Shown here piece after piece: positions 40,942 through 51,261 of a stretch of DNA of 64,000 nucleotides. Within the stretch, counting starts at the first letter, position 1; every line of letters starts with the position of its first letter. Where the stretch lies: assembly GCA_964615905.1 (NCBI GenBank), contig CAZTUB010000002.1, positions 154,538 to 218,537 on the forward strand, read 5' to 3'. The notes beneath the pieces were generated by a model, which was not told where the DNA came from, did not search any database, and saw only the letters and a list, made by a program, of their open reading frames with translations. Made by a program: the position numbers and the translations under genes. The stretch comes from an uncultured Clostridia bacterium (lineage in GTDB: Bacteria; Acidobacteriota; Blastocatellia; UBA7656).

Positions 40942-41787
40942 TCATTTTGCCGTCGAGTCACCCCGGCCCGTATGCATCGCGACGGCCTTCCACGCGCCGT
41001 CCGTGTTGATAAAGGTAAGGGCATAAGAAGCTGTGGTGCGAGCGTTGTTATCGCTGCCGGGCTTATCGCCTCGCACAATTGCGGTGTCGCCGTACAGGTC
41101 TATTGTCGCCCGACCCGTGTTGAGCTTTGGATAGTTCAGCTTTCCTGTCCTTAACTCGTCGAGCAACTGCTGCCGCGTCAATTGCTCTCCTCCCCCGTGC
41201 GTCCAGACGAAGCTTTTATCCGTCAGCGATTCTACGCTCTTTAGATCGGCGGCCAGCATAGCTTTATGAAAAGCGGCCTCAGTTGCCGCCACTTCTTTCT
41301 TGTCTTCTTCCGCGGACCGCCCCATCTTTGTCGCCTGCCAGTTCACGACTTGCCATATACCTTTGCGCTTGAGAAAAGTCCCGGAGTTGAGATATCTCGC
41401 GGTGCTGGTCCTCCCGTCTCTCTCTGTCGTGGCCACAAGGCGGAAAGCCACTATCGCCGTATCGCCGTATTGCTGGATGCGAATATCTTCGGCGCCGTAA
41501 ACGGTTGTCGGAGCGCCGGGCGTCGGGGCAGACGGCGAGCGCAGCCCGCGCATAATGTCGGCCTTGCCTGTTCGCCTCCCGGCTGAGCCTGTGTAGATAA
41601 GGTCTTCAGCCCAGAAGCGGTCGTGAATCGCGGCATCGTTGCGCGAAGCGCCGTCCAGGAACTCTTTTAGCAGCTTTGTCAGCTCGGCCGCATCCGGTGA
41701 CGACTGCGCGTGCAGCCCGAACGCAAGCATCAATATCACGACCGCAGATGAAAGGCCTCGTCTCATATCATCCCTCCTTCTTTGCAT
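40942..41787 (-). CDS. Exported tandem NTF2-like (DUF4440) protein
   Basis: Signal peptide and two repeats containing YGDTAIV. Confidence 0.82.
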   Translation of the reverse strand: MQRRRDDMRRGLSSAVVILMLAFGLHAQSSPDAAELTKLLKEFLDGASRNDAAIHDRFWAEDLIYTGSAGRRTGKADIMRGLRSPSAPTPGAPTTVYGAEDIRIQQYGDTAIVAFRLVATTERDGRTSTARYLNSGTFLKRKGIWQVVNWQATKMGRSAEEDKKEVAATEAAFHKAMLAADLKSVESLTDKSFVWTHGGGEQLTRQQLLDELRTGKLNYPKLNTGRATIDLYGDTAIVRGDKPGSDNNARTTASYALTFINTDGAWKAVAMHTGRGDSTAK

Positions 41788-41865
41788 CTCTCCTTATAAC
41801 ACTGCTCAAAAGAATTTTATAAATCAAAACACGTATGGACCGCCGGTCTGGCGAAAAAACAATTG

Positions 41866-41894
41866 TTGACAGGCTCGCCGCGCCTCTGTATTAA
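41866..41894 (+). promoter_or_regulatory. Sigma70-type promoter of the sulfate transport operon
   Basis: TTGACA-17 nt-TATTAA, about 175 nt upstream of the sbp start. Confidence 0.65.
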
Positions 41895-42068
41895 TTTGTG
41901 AGTGTACGCCAGCCAGCCTGTAAAACCCGGTTGGCAGCAGTCCGCCTCAAGACGAGAATCCAGGCTTTCAATGAAGCACGCCCTTTAAGCTCAGGCAGTA
42001 CTTTATCCCGATTTACCTTAACCTAAGCCGGTCGCAATAATCGAAAGATCACACGGAGATCAACTCAG

Positions 42069-43133
42069 ATGAGAATAGTGAGAGATAGCCTTATAAAAAC
42101 CCTGGCGGCGGTATCTTTATCTTTGGCTGTACTGGTTATCCCCGCGTTGCTTCAAGGCTGCGGCGGCGGTGCTGCGCCGGGCGACAGGGTGACGCTGATA
42201 CTTGGCGCGTACACCACGCCGCGCGAGGCTTACGGCAAAGCGATACTCCCCGCTTTTCAAAAGTACTGGAAAGAGAAGACCGGTAAGACCGTCGAGTTCC
42301 AGGAGTCCTACCAGGGCAGCGGCGCTCAATCGCGCGCGATAATCGGCGGGTTCGAAGCCGACATCGCCGCGCTCTCGCTCGCAGGCGACATAGACAAGAT
42401 CGCCGAGGCCGGGCTAATCACTCACGATTGGAAAAGCAAGCCTAACGGCGGGATGGTTTCGGATTCGATAGTCGTAATCGCCGTCCGAGAAGGCAACCCT
42501 AAGGGGATAAAAGACTGGCCCGACCTCACCCGGCAAGGGCTGAACATACTGACGCCCGACCCGAAGACGTCGGGCGGCGCGATGTGGAATATCAACGCCC
42601 TTTACGGCGCTGCGCTGCGCGGGTACGCGGGCGTTCCCAAAGATGACACGGCTGCTGCCGAGGAGTTTCTCAAGAGCGTATTTCGCAACGTCTCGATCAT
42701 GGATAAAGGCGCTCGCGAATCGATTACAAACTTTGAAAAGGGCGTAGGCGACGTTGCCTTGACCTACGAGAACGAAGTGCTCGTAGGGCGCGAGTCGGGC
42801 CAGAAGTACGAGTACGTCATCCCGCGCTCGACCATCTTGATAGAAAACCCTGTTGCGATCATCGACAAGAACGCCGACAAGCACGGCGTTCGCGAAGCGG
42901 CCGAAGGCTTTATCGAGTTCCTGTTCAGCAAAGAGGCGCAGCGAGCCTATGCCAAACACGGGCTCAGGCCTGTCGATAAGGATGTGGCGCGCGAAGTCGA
43001 GGCCCAGTACCCGCGCGTCGAAGACCTGTGGAAGATAGATTATCTCGGCGGCTGGGACAAAGTGATCAAAGAGATATACGGCCCGCAGGGAATCTATACG
43101 CGCATGTACGAGAGCTTGCACACATCAAGATGA
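42069..43133 (+). CDS. sbp: Sulfate/thiosulfate ABC transporter substrate-binding lipoprotein
   Basis: Lipobox LQGC, SYQGSGAQSRAIIGG, TPDPKTSGGA, GDVALTYENE and ILIENP motifs. Confidence 0.9.
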   Translation: MRIVRDSLIKTLAAVSLSLAVLVIPALLQGCGGGAAPGDRVTLILGAYTTPREAYGKAILPAFQKYWKEKTGKTVEFQESYQGSGAQSRAIIGGFEADIAALSLAGDIDKIAEAGLITHDWKSKPNGGMVSDSIVVIAVREGNPKGIKDWPDLTRQGLNILTPDPKTSGGAMWNINALYGAALRGYAGVPKDDTAAAEEFLKSVFRNVSIMDKGARESITNFEKGVGDVALTYENEVLVGRESGQKYEYVIPRSTILIENPVAIIDKNADKHGVREAAEGFIEFLFSKEAQRAYAKHGLRPVDKDVAREVEAQYPRVEDLWKIDYLGGWDKVIKEIYGPQGIYTRMYESLHTSR

Positions 43134-43999
43134 GCGCCAAACCTGTAGAGCTAAGACCCGAAAAGACCCCCGCCGCCCGCAATGTCGTCAGGCCGTGGGG
43201 CAGGTGGGGATTGCGCGCGGTCGCCATCAGCTATCTCGGATTGATGATCGTTCTGCCGCTTTCGGCGATCTTTGCCAAAGGGCTCGAGGCCGGGCTGACA
43301 GGGTTCGTCGCAGACATAACGAGCCCCATTGCGTTTGCCGCGCTGAAATTGACCCTTGTGACGGCGATCATCACCACCGTTATCAACGTGGTTATGGGGA
43401 CGCTGACGGCATTCGTGCTGGTGCGGTACGAGTTTCCGGGGCGCGGGCTGTTAAACGGGCTGATCGACATGCCTTTCGCCATACCGACTCTTGTGACAGG
43501 CGTGATGCTTGTCGTGCTCTACGGCCCGGCGGGTGTGCTTGGCGGCTGGTTCGAAGCGCGCGGAATAAAGATCATCTTCGCAACTCCGGGGATAGTCCTT
43601 GCGCTGCTGCTCGTAACATACCCGTTCGTCGTTCGCGCGATCCAGCCAGTCCTTATGGATATGCAGAGCGATCAGGAAGAGGCCGCCTATACGCTTGGGG
43701 CGACGAAGTGGATCGCGTTTTATCGCATAGTGCTTCCGACGATCATGCCTGCGGTTATCACGGCGGCGCTGCTCACGTTCGCCCGCGCCATCGGCGAGTT
43801 CGGGTCGATAGTGATCGTTGCGGGCAACATACCGGGGCTGACGCTTACAGCGCCGGTCCACGTCTACGGCCAGATCGAATCGCAGAACGTGCGAGGCGCA
43901 AGCGCGATGTCCGTTCTGTTGCTGGCCATCTCGTTCACTTTGATGATTACAATCGACTGGATGCAGCGGCGCAGAGAGGTCTCCGATGCAACAGGCTGA
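43130..43999 (+). CDS. cysT: Sulfate ABC transporter permease CysT
   Basis: IDMPFAIPTLVTG, QEEAAYTLGA and FARAIGEFGS motifs. ATGA-coupled start at 43130. Confidence 0.9.
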   Translation: MSAKPVELRPEKTPAARNVVRPWGRWGLRAVAISYLGLMIVLPLSAIFAKGLEAGLTGFVADITSPIAFAALKLTLVTAIITTVINVVMGTLTAFVLVRYEFPGRGLLNGLIDMPFAIPTLVTGVMLVVLYGPAGVLGGWFEARGIKIIFATPGIVLALLLVTYPFVVRAIQPVLMDMQSDQEEAAYTLGATKWIAFYRIVLPTIMPAVITAALLTFARAIGEFGSIVIVAGNIPGLTLTAPVHVYGQIESQNVRGASAMSVLLLAISFTLMITIDWMQRRREVSDATG

Positions 44000-44858
44000 A
44001 CCGTCAAGCCCGCTCGAATTCGGATTGATGTCGGGCAAGCCCGCGCGGGTCAAAAAGAAGCACAGCCCCGTCGAATGGCTCTTGATAGCGGTGGTTGTGA
44101 TCTATGCCTCCGCGCTGCTGATCGGCCCGCTCGCGGCCGTTTTCTGGGGAGCTTTAGAGAAGGGGGCGGGCACGTTTATAGCCGAGGTCACTTCGCCGAA
44201 CGCGTTGAACGCGCTAAAGCTGACGCTGATCGTGGGAGTGTGCGCTACGGCGATAAACGCGGTCTTCGGTCTTTTGGTGGCGTGGGTGCTTGTCCGCGAC
44301 AACTTCCGGGGACGGCAGCTAGTCAACGGGCTTGTCGATTTGCCGTTCGCCGTTTCGCCGGTCATCGCAGGGCTGATGCTGATACTGCTATTCGGGCGGG
44401 GCGGGTGGTTCACACCGCTCACGGACGCGGCAGGCATAAAGATGGTCTTTGCGCTGCCGGGTATGCTTATCGCCACGACCTTTGTGTCCATACCGTTCGT
44501 CATTCGCGAAGTCATGCCGGTGCTTTCTCAGATAGGCACGCAACAGGAGAGCGCGGCATATACGATGGGGGCGAGCGCGTGGCAGACGTTCTGGCATGTC
44601 ACGCTGCCTTCGATCCGCTGGGGCCTCTTTTACGGCATCTCGCTCACGCTTGCGCGCACGCTGGGCGAGTTCGGCGCAGTGCTTGTGGTCAGCGGCGGGG
44701 TGAGCGGGCTGACCGAAACCTCGACGCTGTTTATCTTCCGCTCGCTTGACGACCGCAACTACGTCGGAGCCTATGCGATGGCTATGGTGCTGGCTCTGAT
44801 CTCTTTCAGCATCCTGATGTTTATGGAGTTTATAAAAAAGCGCACGCAGGATAGCTAG
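43986..44858 (+). CDS. cysW: Sulfate ABC transporter permease CysW
   Basis: DLPFAVSPVIAG, FVSIPFVIREV and ARTLGEFGAV motifs. Confidence 0.9.
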   Translation: MQQAEPSSPLEFGLMSGKPARVKKKHSPVEWLLIAVVVIYASALLIGPLAAVFWGALEKGAGTFIAEVTSPNALNALKLTLIVGVCATAINAVFGLLVAWVLVRDNFRGRQLVNGLVDLPFAVSPVIAGLMLILLFGRGGWFTPLTDAAGIKMVFALPGMLIATTFVSIPFVIREVMPVLSQIGTQQESAAYTMGASAWQTFWHVTLPSIRWGLFYGISLTLARTLGEFGAVLVVSGGVSGLTETSTLFIFRSLDDRNYVGAYAMAMVLALISFSILMFMEFIKKRTQDS

Positions 44859-44894
44859 ACCTGACTTACTTTCCCTCGACAAACAGGAGGTTTC

Positions 44895-46463
44895 ATGAAG
44901 CTTGAAAAGGTATCATTTTACTCTCTATTGTTTCCGGCGCTCGTTCTGATTTTGCTTCCGAGCGCGGTCGCGCTGGCAAATGACGGCGGCAACTCCCCTA
45001 AGGCGGCAGCCGCGAGCGCAAAGGCCGCGTCTCAAAACAGTAGCGGCCAACCGGGAGCCAAACCTGAGAGCGGATCAGAGGATCAGGTCAAGCAGCTTGC
45101 CGAAAAAGTCGAACGGCTACAGGCTTTGATCGAGCAGCAGCAGCGGGCGCTTGCTGCGCTTGAGCGCAGGCTTGAGGGCAGAGACGCGAAGCCAGAGCCC
45201 GCCTCGCTCGACACAAGAGTGGCGACGAGCACCGGGGTCGAGCCGTCCACAGAGCCTGTCACTGCAACAAAACCTACAGATGCTGCCCGCGCGCAGAGCC
45301 AGCCCGCCGCGCCTGACAAACCCGCGCTTCTTGCAGGGTGGGACAAAGGCCGGGCCTTTTTGCGCTCAAGCGACGGCAGTTTCGAGACGTTCATAGGCGG
45401 CTACGGCCAGCTCGATTTTCGCGGCTACCAGTCCGGCCCCGTCGCCCCGGCGAACACTTTTCTTCTGAGGCGCGCGCGGCTCATCGTCGAAGGAAAGGTC
45501 CAGCGCTATTACGACTTCAAGATCGAAGGCGATTTTGCCGACAGGACCGGCATCATCCTCCGCGACCTGTTCGTCAGGGTCCACCGCATAGACGAACTCC
45601 AGCTGACCTTCGGCCAGTTCCGCGTGCCTTACAGCCAGGAAGAGATTCGCTCGGACGCCGTGCAGGATTTTGTCGAGCGCTCGCTGGTCAACAACCTTGC
45701 GCCCAGCCGCAGCCCCGGCATACAGGCGTCGGGCGTCGTGGGCGGGGGCGTCTTTGAATATCAGGTCGGCGCGTTCAACGGCAAAGGGCTGCTGGTCCCG
45801 AACGATAACGACACGCCAGAAGGCGCGATACGTTTGCGCTTCACGCCGTGGCGTAACGGCAGCGCCTTCTGGCTCAAGGGGCTCAGCTTCGGCGGGGCGT
45901 ACACGCAGGGTCGAAGCCGGGGCGGCCTGAGCGTTATCGGGCAGACCGAAAGCCGCAGCGTCACTTTCTACGAGGCAGACAGGATCAACGGCAAGGTCCA
46001 GCGCGCAAACGGCGAGCTGACATGGATGCTCGGGCCCGCCGCCATTCGCGCGGAGTACGACCAGACAAACCAGGAGCGGCTGAGAATGGGCGCGGGCGGG
46101 ACAGACCTGCCGGGAGTTGTCGCCAAAGGCTACATGGCGCAATTCACTTACCTGTTGACCGGCGAGACCAAGCCCGAAGCGGGCGCGGTCGTTCCCAAAC
46201 ATAGCCTGTTTGAAGAAGGCAGCGGCACAGGGTTAGGCGCGTGGGAGGTGAAATTCCGGTACTCGAATCTTCAAATCTCCAACGGCACGCCGAAGGCGAA
46301 CCGCGCAGAGACTTTCTATTTCGGGCCTAACTGGTATCTGAACCGCTTCGTTCGTTACACGCTCGATCTTGGCGTGGAGCGGTTCAAAGACCCTTTGCGC
46401 ACGCCCAACCCCGGAGACAAGAATTTCTTCGTAGTGCTCAGCCGTGTTCAGATCGTCTTCTAG
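44895..46463 (+). CDS. OprO/OprP-like anion-selective outer-membrane porin with N-terminal coiled coil
   Basis: Signal peptide, coiled coil, FLLRRARL, GQFRVPYSQE, FVERSL, beta-strand alternation and terminal Phe. Confidence 0.8.
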   Translation: MKLEKVSFYSLLFPALVLILLPSAVALANDGGNSPKAAAASAKAASQNSSGQPGAKPESGSEDQVKQLAEKVERLQALIEQQQRALAALERRLEGRDAKPEPASLDTRVATSTGVEPSTEPVTATKPTDAARAQSQPAAPDKPALLAGWDKGRAFLRSSDGSFETFIGGYGQLDFRGYQSGPVAPANTFLLRRARLIVEGKVQRYYDFKIEGDFADRTGIILRDLFVRVHRIDELQLTFGQFRVPYSQEEIRSDAVQDFVERSLVNNLAPSRSPGIQASGVVGGGVFEYQVGAFNGKGLLVPNDNDTPEGAIRLRFTPWRNGSAFWLKGLSFGGAYTQGRSRGGLSVIGQTESRSVTFYEADRINGKVQRANGELTWMLGPAAIRAEYDQTNQERLRMGAGGTDLPGVVAKGYMAQFTYLLTGETKPEAGAVVPKHSLFEEGSGTGLGAWEVKFRYSNLQISNGTPKANRAETFYFGPNWYLNRFVRYTLDLGVERFKDPLRTPNPGDKNFFVVLSRVQIVF

Positions 46464-46515
46464 GGAGAACTTTCTGAAATTCGTTCTCGGAAATCGGACT
46501 GGATGAGGTAATCTA

Positions 46516-48381
46516 TTGAGCAATACGATTATGCAAGACCTTGTCAGTCGAAAACCGAGCGCAGTGCTGCGCGATCTCAACGTCTTGGTTCCCGCCGAAG
46601 AGGTGGCGGCAGCAGAGCGCATATTGCCGCTTGCGGTCAGCCTGAGCGGCTCGGCAAAATCGACCATCTCGCTGATAGGCGTGACGCCTATCGGGCGCGA
46701 CGTGTCGCTCAGCGAAGGCGCAATCTCGGCCCAGCGCTTGCGCAACGACCTTGAGACTCTTGCGAGCGAAAGCCCGCGCATAAACCGGCTGGCCGGCAGC
46801 TTCGTCTCTCATCAACCCTGGGAAGACATCGAAGCGTTGATCGACGAGCGCATGCAGGACAACGACCTGCTGCTGCTCGCCTGGCAGCAAGACAAGACAT
46901 ATTTTCAAGCGGACCTGGCGGAAGTCTTGCGCGACCCTCCCTGTAATGTCGCGGTCGTAAACCCGATGGTCGACCCGCGCGACATACGCCGGATATTGCT
47001 GCCGGTTCGCGGCGGCCCTTACGCGAACCTGTCGCTCCAGCTGGCGATACGGCTCGCGCGGTCTGCCAACGCCGAAGTCACGCTCCTTCGCGTGGTCTCA
47101 AGCGACGACGACCCGATGAGCCAGGTGCTCAGAGAGAAGTTCACCGGGCTTTCGGACGCCTTCCCGGAGATCACCACCGAGCTACAGATCGTCGGCGACG
47201 CGGGAACGGCGGTCGTCCGCGCGCTGAAAGATCATCAAGCGATTATTCTCGGAGCGAGCGCCGCGCACGACGGCCCGCCCATAGGGTTGATGGCCAGCAT
47301 AATCCTTCAGCGCAAGGACGTGACGACGCTGCTCGTAAAGACCAAAGAGCCGTTTCGCCTGCCCGCTTCGACCGCGCGGCGGGCCAACCTGCCCGTGCTC
47401 GTGCGCGTAGAGAAATGGTTCGCCGAGAATACATTTCACAGCAAAGAGTTTTCAGACATCGACCGCCTCATCGACTTAAAGAGGCAGCAGAACCTTCGCA
47501 TAAGCCTCGGTCTTCCCGCGCTCAACCAGGAATCGACCATAGGAAACCTGATTCACTCGATCAAGCGAAAGCTCATGGACGACGCGCCGCTCCTTGATGA
47601 GATCGTGTTGATCGACGGCAACTCGACAGACTTCACGCGGAAGATTGCCGCAGAGCTTGGCGTCCCCCCATACATCCATCAAGAGATACTGCCGAGGCTC
47701 GGCAGCGTACGAGGCAAGGGCGAATCGCTGTGGAAAAGCCTCTACCTTTTGAAAGGCGATCTGATCGTCTGGCTGGACACGGACATCGTGAACCCTCACG
47801 CGCGAATCGTCTACGGCATACTTGGGCCGCTGTTGATGAATTCGCACATACAGTACGTCAAAGGATTTTATAAGCGGACGATCAGGTCGAGCGGCGAAGT
47901 TCTCAGCGCCGGAGCGGGCACGGTGACTGAGCTTCTGGCGCGGCCGATGATAAACCTCTTCTTCCCGGACCTGTCTGGGGTGATAGAGCCGCTCGCGGGT
48001 ATTTACGGCGGGCGGCGCTCCGCGCTCGAACAGGTCCCGTTCTACACAGGCCCCGGAGTCGAGGCAGGGTTGCTGCTCGACTTGCTTGATAAATTCGGGT
48101 TGAAGTCTTTAGCTCAGGTCGACCTTGAGGATGTAGAGTATCGCAGCCAGGATGAGCGCGCCTTTGGTAAGATGTCGTTTGCGATCTTGCAGGTCTTCGC
48201 GCAGCATCTGAAGCAGAAAGGTTTGATGGACGCGGGGGCGCAGATGGAGCGAACCATGAAGCGGCTGCGCGTTGAAGATGACCGCTTCTACCTGGAAGAG
48301 ATTGACGTTCACGAACAACAACGCCCGCCGATAATCGAAGTGACGGAGTATCGCGGTCGCTACCGCCCGCGACTTTCGTAA
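46516..48381 (+). CDS. gpgS: Fusion of two USP-like domains to glucosyl-3-phosphoglycerate synthase (GT-A)
   Basis: N-terminal USP-like segments (RILPLAVSL; RRILLPVRGGP...LAIRLA). C-terminal LPALN..TIG, IDGNSTD, GKGESLWKSL, DTD, YVKGFYKR, GTVTELLARP, EPLAG. Start is uncertain (TTG 46516 or ATG 46531). Confidence 0.82.
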   Translation: MSNTIMQDLVSRKPSAVLRDLNVLVPAEEVAAAERILPLAVSLSGSAKSTISLIGVTPIGRDVSLSEGAISAQRLRNDLETLASESPRINRLAGSFVSHQPWEDIEALIDERMQDNDLLLLAWQQDKTYFQADLAEVLRDPPCNVAVVNPMVDPRDIRRILLPVRGGPYANLSLQLAIRLARSANAEVTLLRVVSSDDDPMSQVLREKFTGLSDAFPEITTELQIVGDAGTAVVRALKDHQAIILGASAAHDGPPIGLMASIILQRKDVTTLLVKTKEPFRLPASTARRANLPVLVRVEKWFAENTFHSKEFSDIDRLIDLKRQQNLRISLGLPALNQESTIGNLIHSIKRKLMDDAPLLDEIVLIDGNSTDFTRKIAAELGVPPYIHQEILPRLGSVRGKGESLWKSLYLLKGDLIVWLDTDIVNPHARIVYGILGPLLMNSHIQYVKGFYKRTIRSSGEVLSAGAGTVTELLARPMINLFFPDLSGVIEPLAGIYGGRRSALEQVPFYTGPGVEAGLLLDLLDKFGLKSLAQVDLEDVEYRSQDERAFGKMSFAILQVFAQHLKQKGLMDAGAQMERTMKRLRVEDDRFYLEEIDVHEQQRPPIIEVTEYRGRYRPRLS

Positions 48382-48412
48382 GGCAGGGGCCGGGGAGGCT
48401 TGAGGCCGAGGC

Positions 48413-50284
48413 ATGTCTATTGTCCTGGACCAGATAACAAAACGCTACGGCAACCAGCTCATCGTCGATAGGGTTTCGCTCGAAGTATCGGACGGGGAGC
48501 TGTTCGTGCTGCTGGGCGCATCGGGCAGCGGCAAGAGCACGATCCTCAGAATGATCGCGGGCCTTGTAACGCCCGACAGCGGGCGTATACACCTTCACGG
48601 GCGCGACGTTACTGAGCTTCAGCCGCAACAGCGCGGGACCGGTTTTGTCTTCCAGAACTACTCGATCTTCCGTCACATGAGCGTCGCGGAAAATATCGAG
48701 TTCGGCTTGAAGATAAGAAAGATGACCGCCGCCGACCGAAAACAGCGCCGCGAGAGATTGCTCGACCTCGTAGGGCTAGGCGGGCTGGGCAATCGTTACG
48801 CGAGCCAGCTTTCGGGCGGCCAGCAGCAGCGCGTCGCGCTCGCCCGCGCGCTCGCATACGAGCCGGGCGTGCTGCTTCTAGACGAGCCTTTCGGCGCGCT
48901 CGACGTGAAGATTCGCGCGCAGCTGCGCCGCAGCCTCAAAGAGATTCAACGAAACCTCGGCGTCACCACGATACTAGTCACACACGATCAAGAAGAGGCG
49001 TTCGAGCTGGCCGACCGCATCGCCGTTCTTGAGCGCGGCCGGTTGCTCGAAGTCGGTGAAGGCGAGGCGCTATACTCGCGCCCGCGCTCGCTGTTTGTCG
49101 CGACCTTTCTGGGAGCGGGGACAGTCCTCGTAGGCCACGCGGACAAAGGGCAGGCGCGGTTCGGCCCTCTGTCGATGCCCATACCCGATACTGTGCCGCA
49201 CGAAGACGGGGCGCAGGTCCAGTTGCTCTTCAGGCCGGAGCAGGTCACGTTGAGCGAAGAGAAGCCGCCTGATGGCGCGATGGTTTTAGGGCAGGGCACG
49301 ATCATCGAGCAGAGCTTTACGGGGTCGAGCCAGCGAGTGCGGCTGAGAGTGCCGCGCATAGCGGCCACGCGCCAGGTCGCTCCCTCGGTCCCGTTTGGTG
49401 AAGAGGGCTTGCTCATAGACGCTATTGTGCCGCCGGGCCTGGAACTCTATACCAAACCGCTATGGGTTTCTATACGCGGCTGGCATATTCTCAAACAGCC
49501 GCCGCCGCGCCTTATGGTCTTTGATAACGGCTCGGAATCGAGCGCGACGCTCGGCATGGCTCGCTGGCTGGTCGAGCGGCTGCGGGCTTCGGCCACACTA
49601 CTCACGGTCGCAGAGAGCCCCGAAGCGGCCGAGCGCTTGCGCGAAAAGCTAAAACAGCGACAACAGCAGACAGGGCTTACAGATGCCGAGCTGAGAATCC
49701 GATTCGGCGACGCCGCAGAGCAGATAGCCGCTGAGCAGAACGAGACGCTTTACGAGGTGATAATGCTTGCGCCGAAGATCAAACGATTCTCGGTGCAGGA
49801 CAGGCGCACGGACGGGCTCGGCACGACCACTGCAAAGGTGTTGAAGCACGCGGAAGTGCCCGTGCTCCTGGTAAAAGGGGCAGAGCGCGAGGTGCGGCGC
49901 ATATTGATCTGCACGGCGGCGGGCGAGCCGGGCAAAAGCGATGTGAGGGTGGGAGGCCGTCTCGCGCGGCGGCTTGGCGCGGCGGTGACGCTGCTTTATA
50001 TCACCAAGAACACCTTAGAGCCGGGCAGCCTTGCGCGCACGCATCTTGATCGCGCGGTCGCTACGCTCAGGGCGGGCGATATAAACGGCGAGGTGCGCGT
50101 GCGCGAGGCGGCGGCCCCGGCCGACGGCATACTTGCCGAAGCGAGCGAAGGCGATTACGACCTGATAGTCGTCGGCGGCCACGTCCCAAAATCGCGCTCG
50201 GTCTTTCGCATAGACAACGTGACCATGCAGGTCATGACAGGGGCCGACCGCCCGGTGCTGGTCGTGCCCACGGCCGATAGTTAG
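48413..50284 (+). CDS. cysA: CysA-type ABC ATPase fused to two C-terminal USP domains
   Basis: [30 protein letters not shown] and LDEPFGALD, then TOBE-like region and two USP repeats ending in PVLLV / PVLVVP. Confidence 0.85.
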   Translation: MSIVLDQITKRYGNQLIVDRVSLEVSDGELFVLLGASGSGKSTILRMIAGLVTPDSGRIHLHGRDVTELQPQQRGTGFVFQNYSIFRHMSVAENIEFGLKIRKMTAADRKQRRERLLDLVGLGGLGNRYASQLSGGQQQRVALARALAYEPGVLLLDEPFGALDVKIRAQLRRSLKEIQRNLGVTTILVTHDQEEAFELADRIAVLERGRLLEVGEGEALYSRPRSLFVATFLGAGTVLVGHADKGQARFGPLSMPIPDTVPHEDGAQVQLLFRPEQVTLSEEKPPDGAMVLGQGTIIEQSFTGSSQRVRLRVPRIAATRQVAPSVPFGEEGLLIDAIVPPGLELYTKPLWVSIRGWHILKQPPPRLMVFDNGSESSATLGMARWLVERLRASATLLTVAESPEAAERLREKLKQRQQQTGLTDAELRIRFGDAAEQIAAEQNETLYEVIMLAPKIKRFSVQDRRTDGLGTTTAKVLKHAEVPVLLVKGAEREVRRILICTAAGEPGKSDVRVGGRLARRLGAAVTLLYITKNTLEPGSLARTHLDRAVATLRAGDINGEVRVREAAAPADGILAEASEGDYDLIVVGGHVPKSRSVFRIDNVTMQVMTGADRPVLVVPTADS

Positions 50285-50351
50285 CCGATAGTTAAATTTA
50301 TGAGGATTGAGGGCCGCGCCAGTCGGGCCTGTCTTCGCAACCGGCTTTCAT

Positions 50352-51248
50352 ATGAAAGATGATCGCGACACGAACTCCGCCCGGTCCTCAGTCCTCAACC
50401 CCCAGTCCTATGCTCTAAGTCTTACTTTCAATAGCCGAGCCAACAAGAAATTCGGGGTGGGGCTGATGCGGGCATTCGGCGGGGCCATCATCTTCTCGCT
50501 CCCCATGCTTATGACGATGGAGATGTGGTACCTGGGTTTCTACATGGCTCCCGAAAGATTCGCTCTGTTTAGCGCGCTCATAATCCCGCTGCTTGTCGGG
50601 CTTTCACACTTCCTGGGGTTCGAAGAGACATTCTGCTGGCAGGATGACATTATCGACGCGTTCGTAGCGTACGCCGTGGGGTTCGTCACTTCGGCTGCGA
50701 TCCTGTTCCTGCTCGGCATACTTGGGCCGGGCATGTCGCCGGGCGAGGTCATCGGCAAGATCGGCTTGCAGGCCGTATCGGGAAGCATAGGCGCGTTGCT
50801 TGCCCAATCCGAGCTTGGGAGCGACAAGGAAGAAGAACACGAGAAGATATGGGAGGCGGGCTATTTTGGCGAGCTGTTTCTCATGTCTGTGGGAGCAGTC
50901 TTTCTGGCTCTCAACCTCGCGCCGACCGAAGAGATGATACTGATCGGGTACAAGATGACCCCGTGGCACGCAACGGCGCTTATCATATTCTCGCTCGTAG
51001 TGATGCACAGCTTCGTTTACATGGCCGAGTTCGGAGGGCAGGCGTCGATTGCCGAGGGCGATTCTGCGTGGGGCGTCTTTCTGCGCTTCACGGTTGTCGG
51101 CTACGCTATGGCGTTGCTGATAAGCTTCTACATACTATGGGTTTTCGGCAGGACCGATGACGTGGCATTTGTCGAAACCATTATGGCGGTCATAGTCCTG
51201 AGCTTTCCCGCTGCGGTAGGCGCAGCGGCGGCGCGATTGATCTTGTGA
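50352..51248 (+). CDS. TIGR02587-type integral membrane protein
   Basis: RAFGGAIIFSLPMLMTMEMW, LAPTEEM and FPAAVGAAAARLIL. Paired with a TIGR02588-type gene. Start uncertain. Confidence 0.82.
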   Translation: MKDDRDTNSARSSVLNPQSYALSLTFNSRANKKFGVGLMRAFGGAIIFSLPMLMTMEMWYLGFYMAPERFALFSALIIPLLVGLSHFLGFEETFCWQDDIIDAFVAYAVGFVTSAAILFLLGILGPGMSPGEVIGKIGLQAVSGSIGALLAQSELGSDKEEEHEKIWEAGYFGELFLMSVGAVFLALNLAPTEEMILIGYKMTPWHATALIIFSLVVMHSFVYMAEFGGQASIAEGDSAWGVFLRFTVVGYAMALLISFYILWVFGRTDDVAFVETIMAVIVLSFPAAVGAAAARLIL

Positions 51249-51261
51249 GAGTGGAGGGTCG

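Noticed and set aside
40784-41078. Short ORFs on both strands between the two exported-protein genes
   Set aside because: They overlap the NTF2 gene end and have no RBS or recognisable motif.
41895-42068. SAM riboswitch or Cys-rich leader peptide upstream of sbp
   Set aside because: No SAM-I/II consensus, no terminator, and no Cys-rich short ORF with an RBS.
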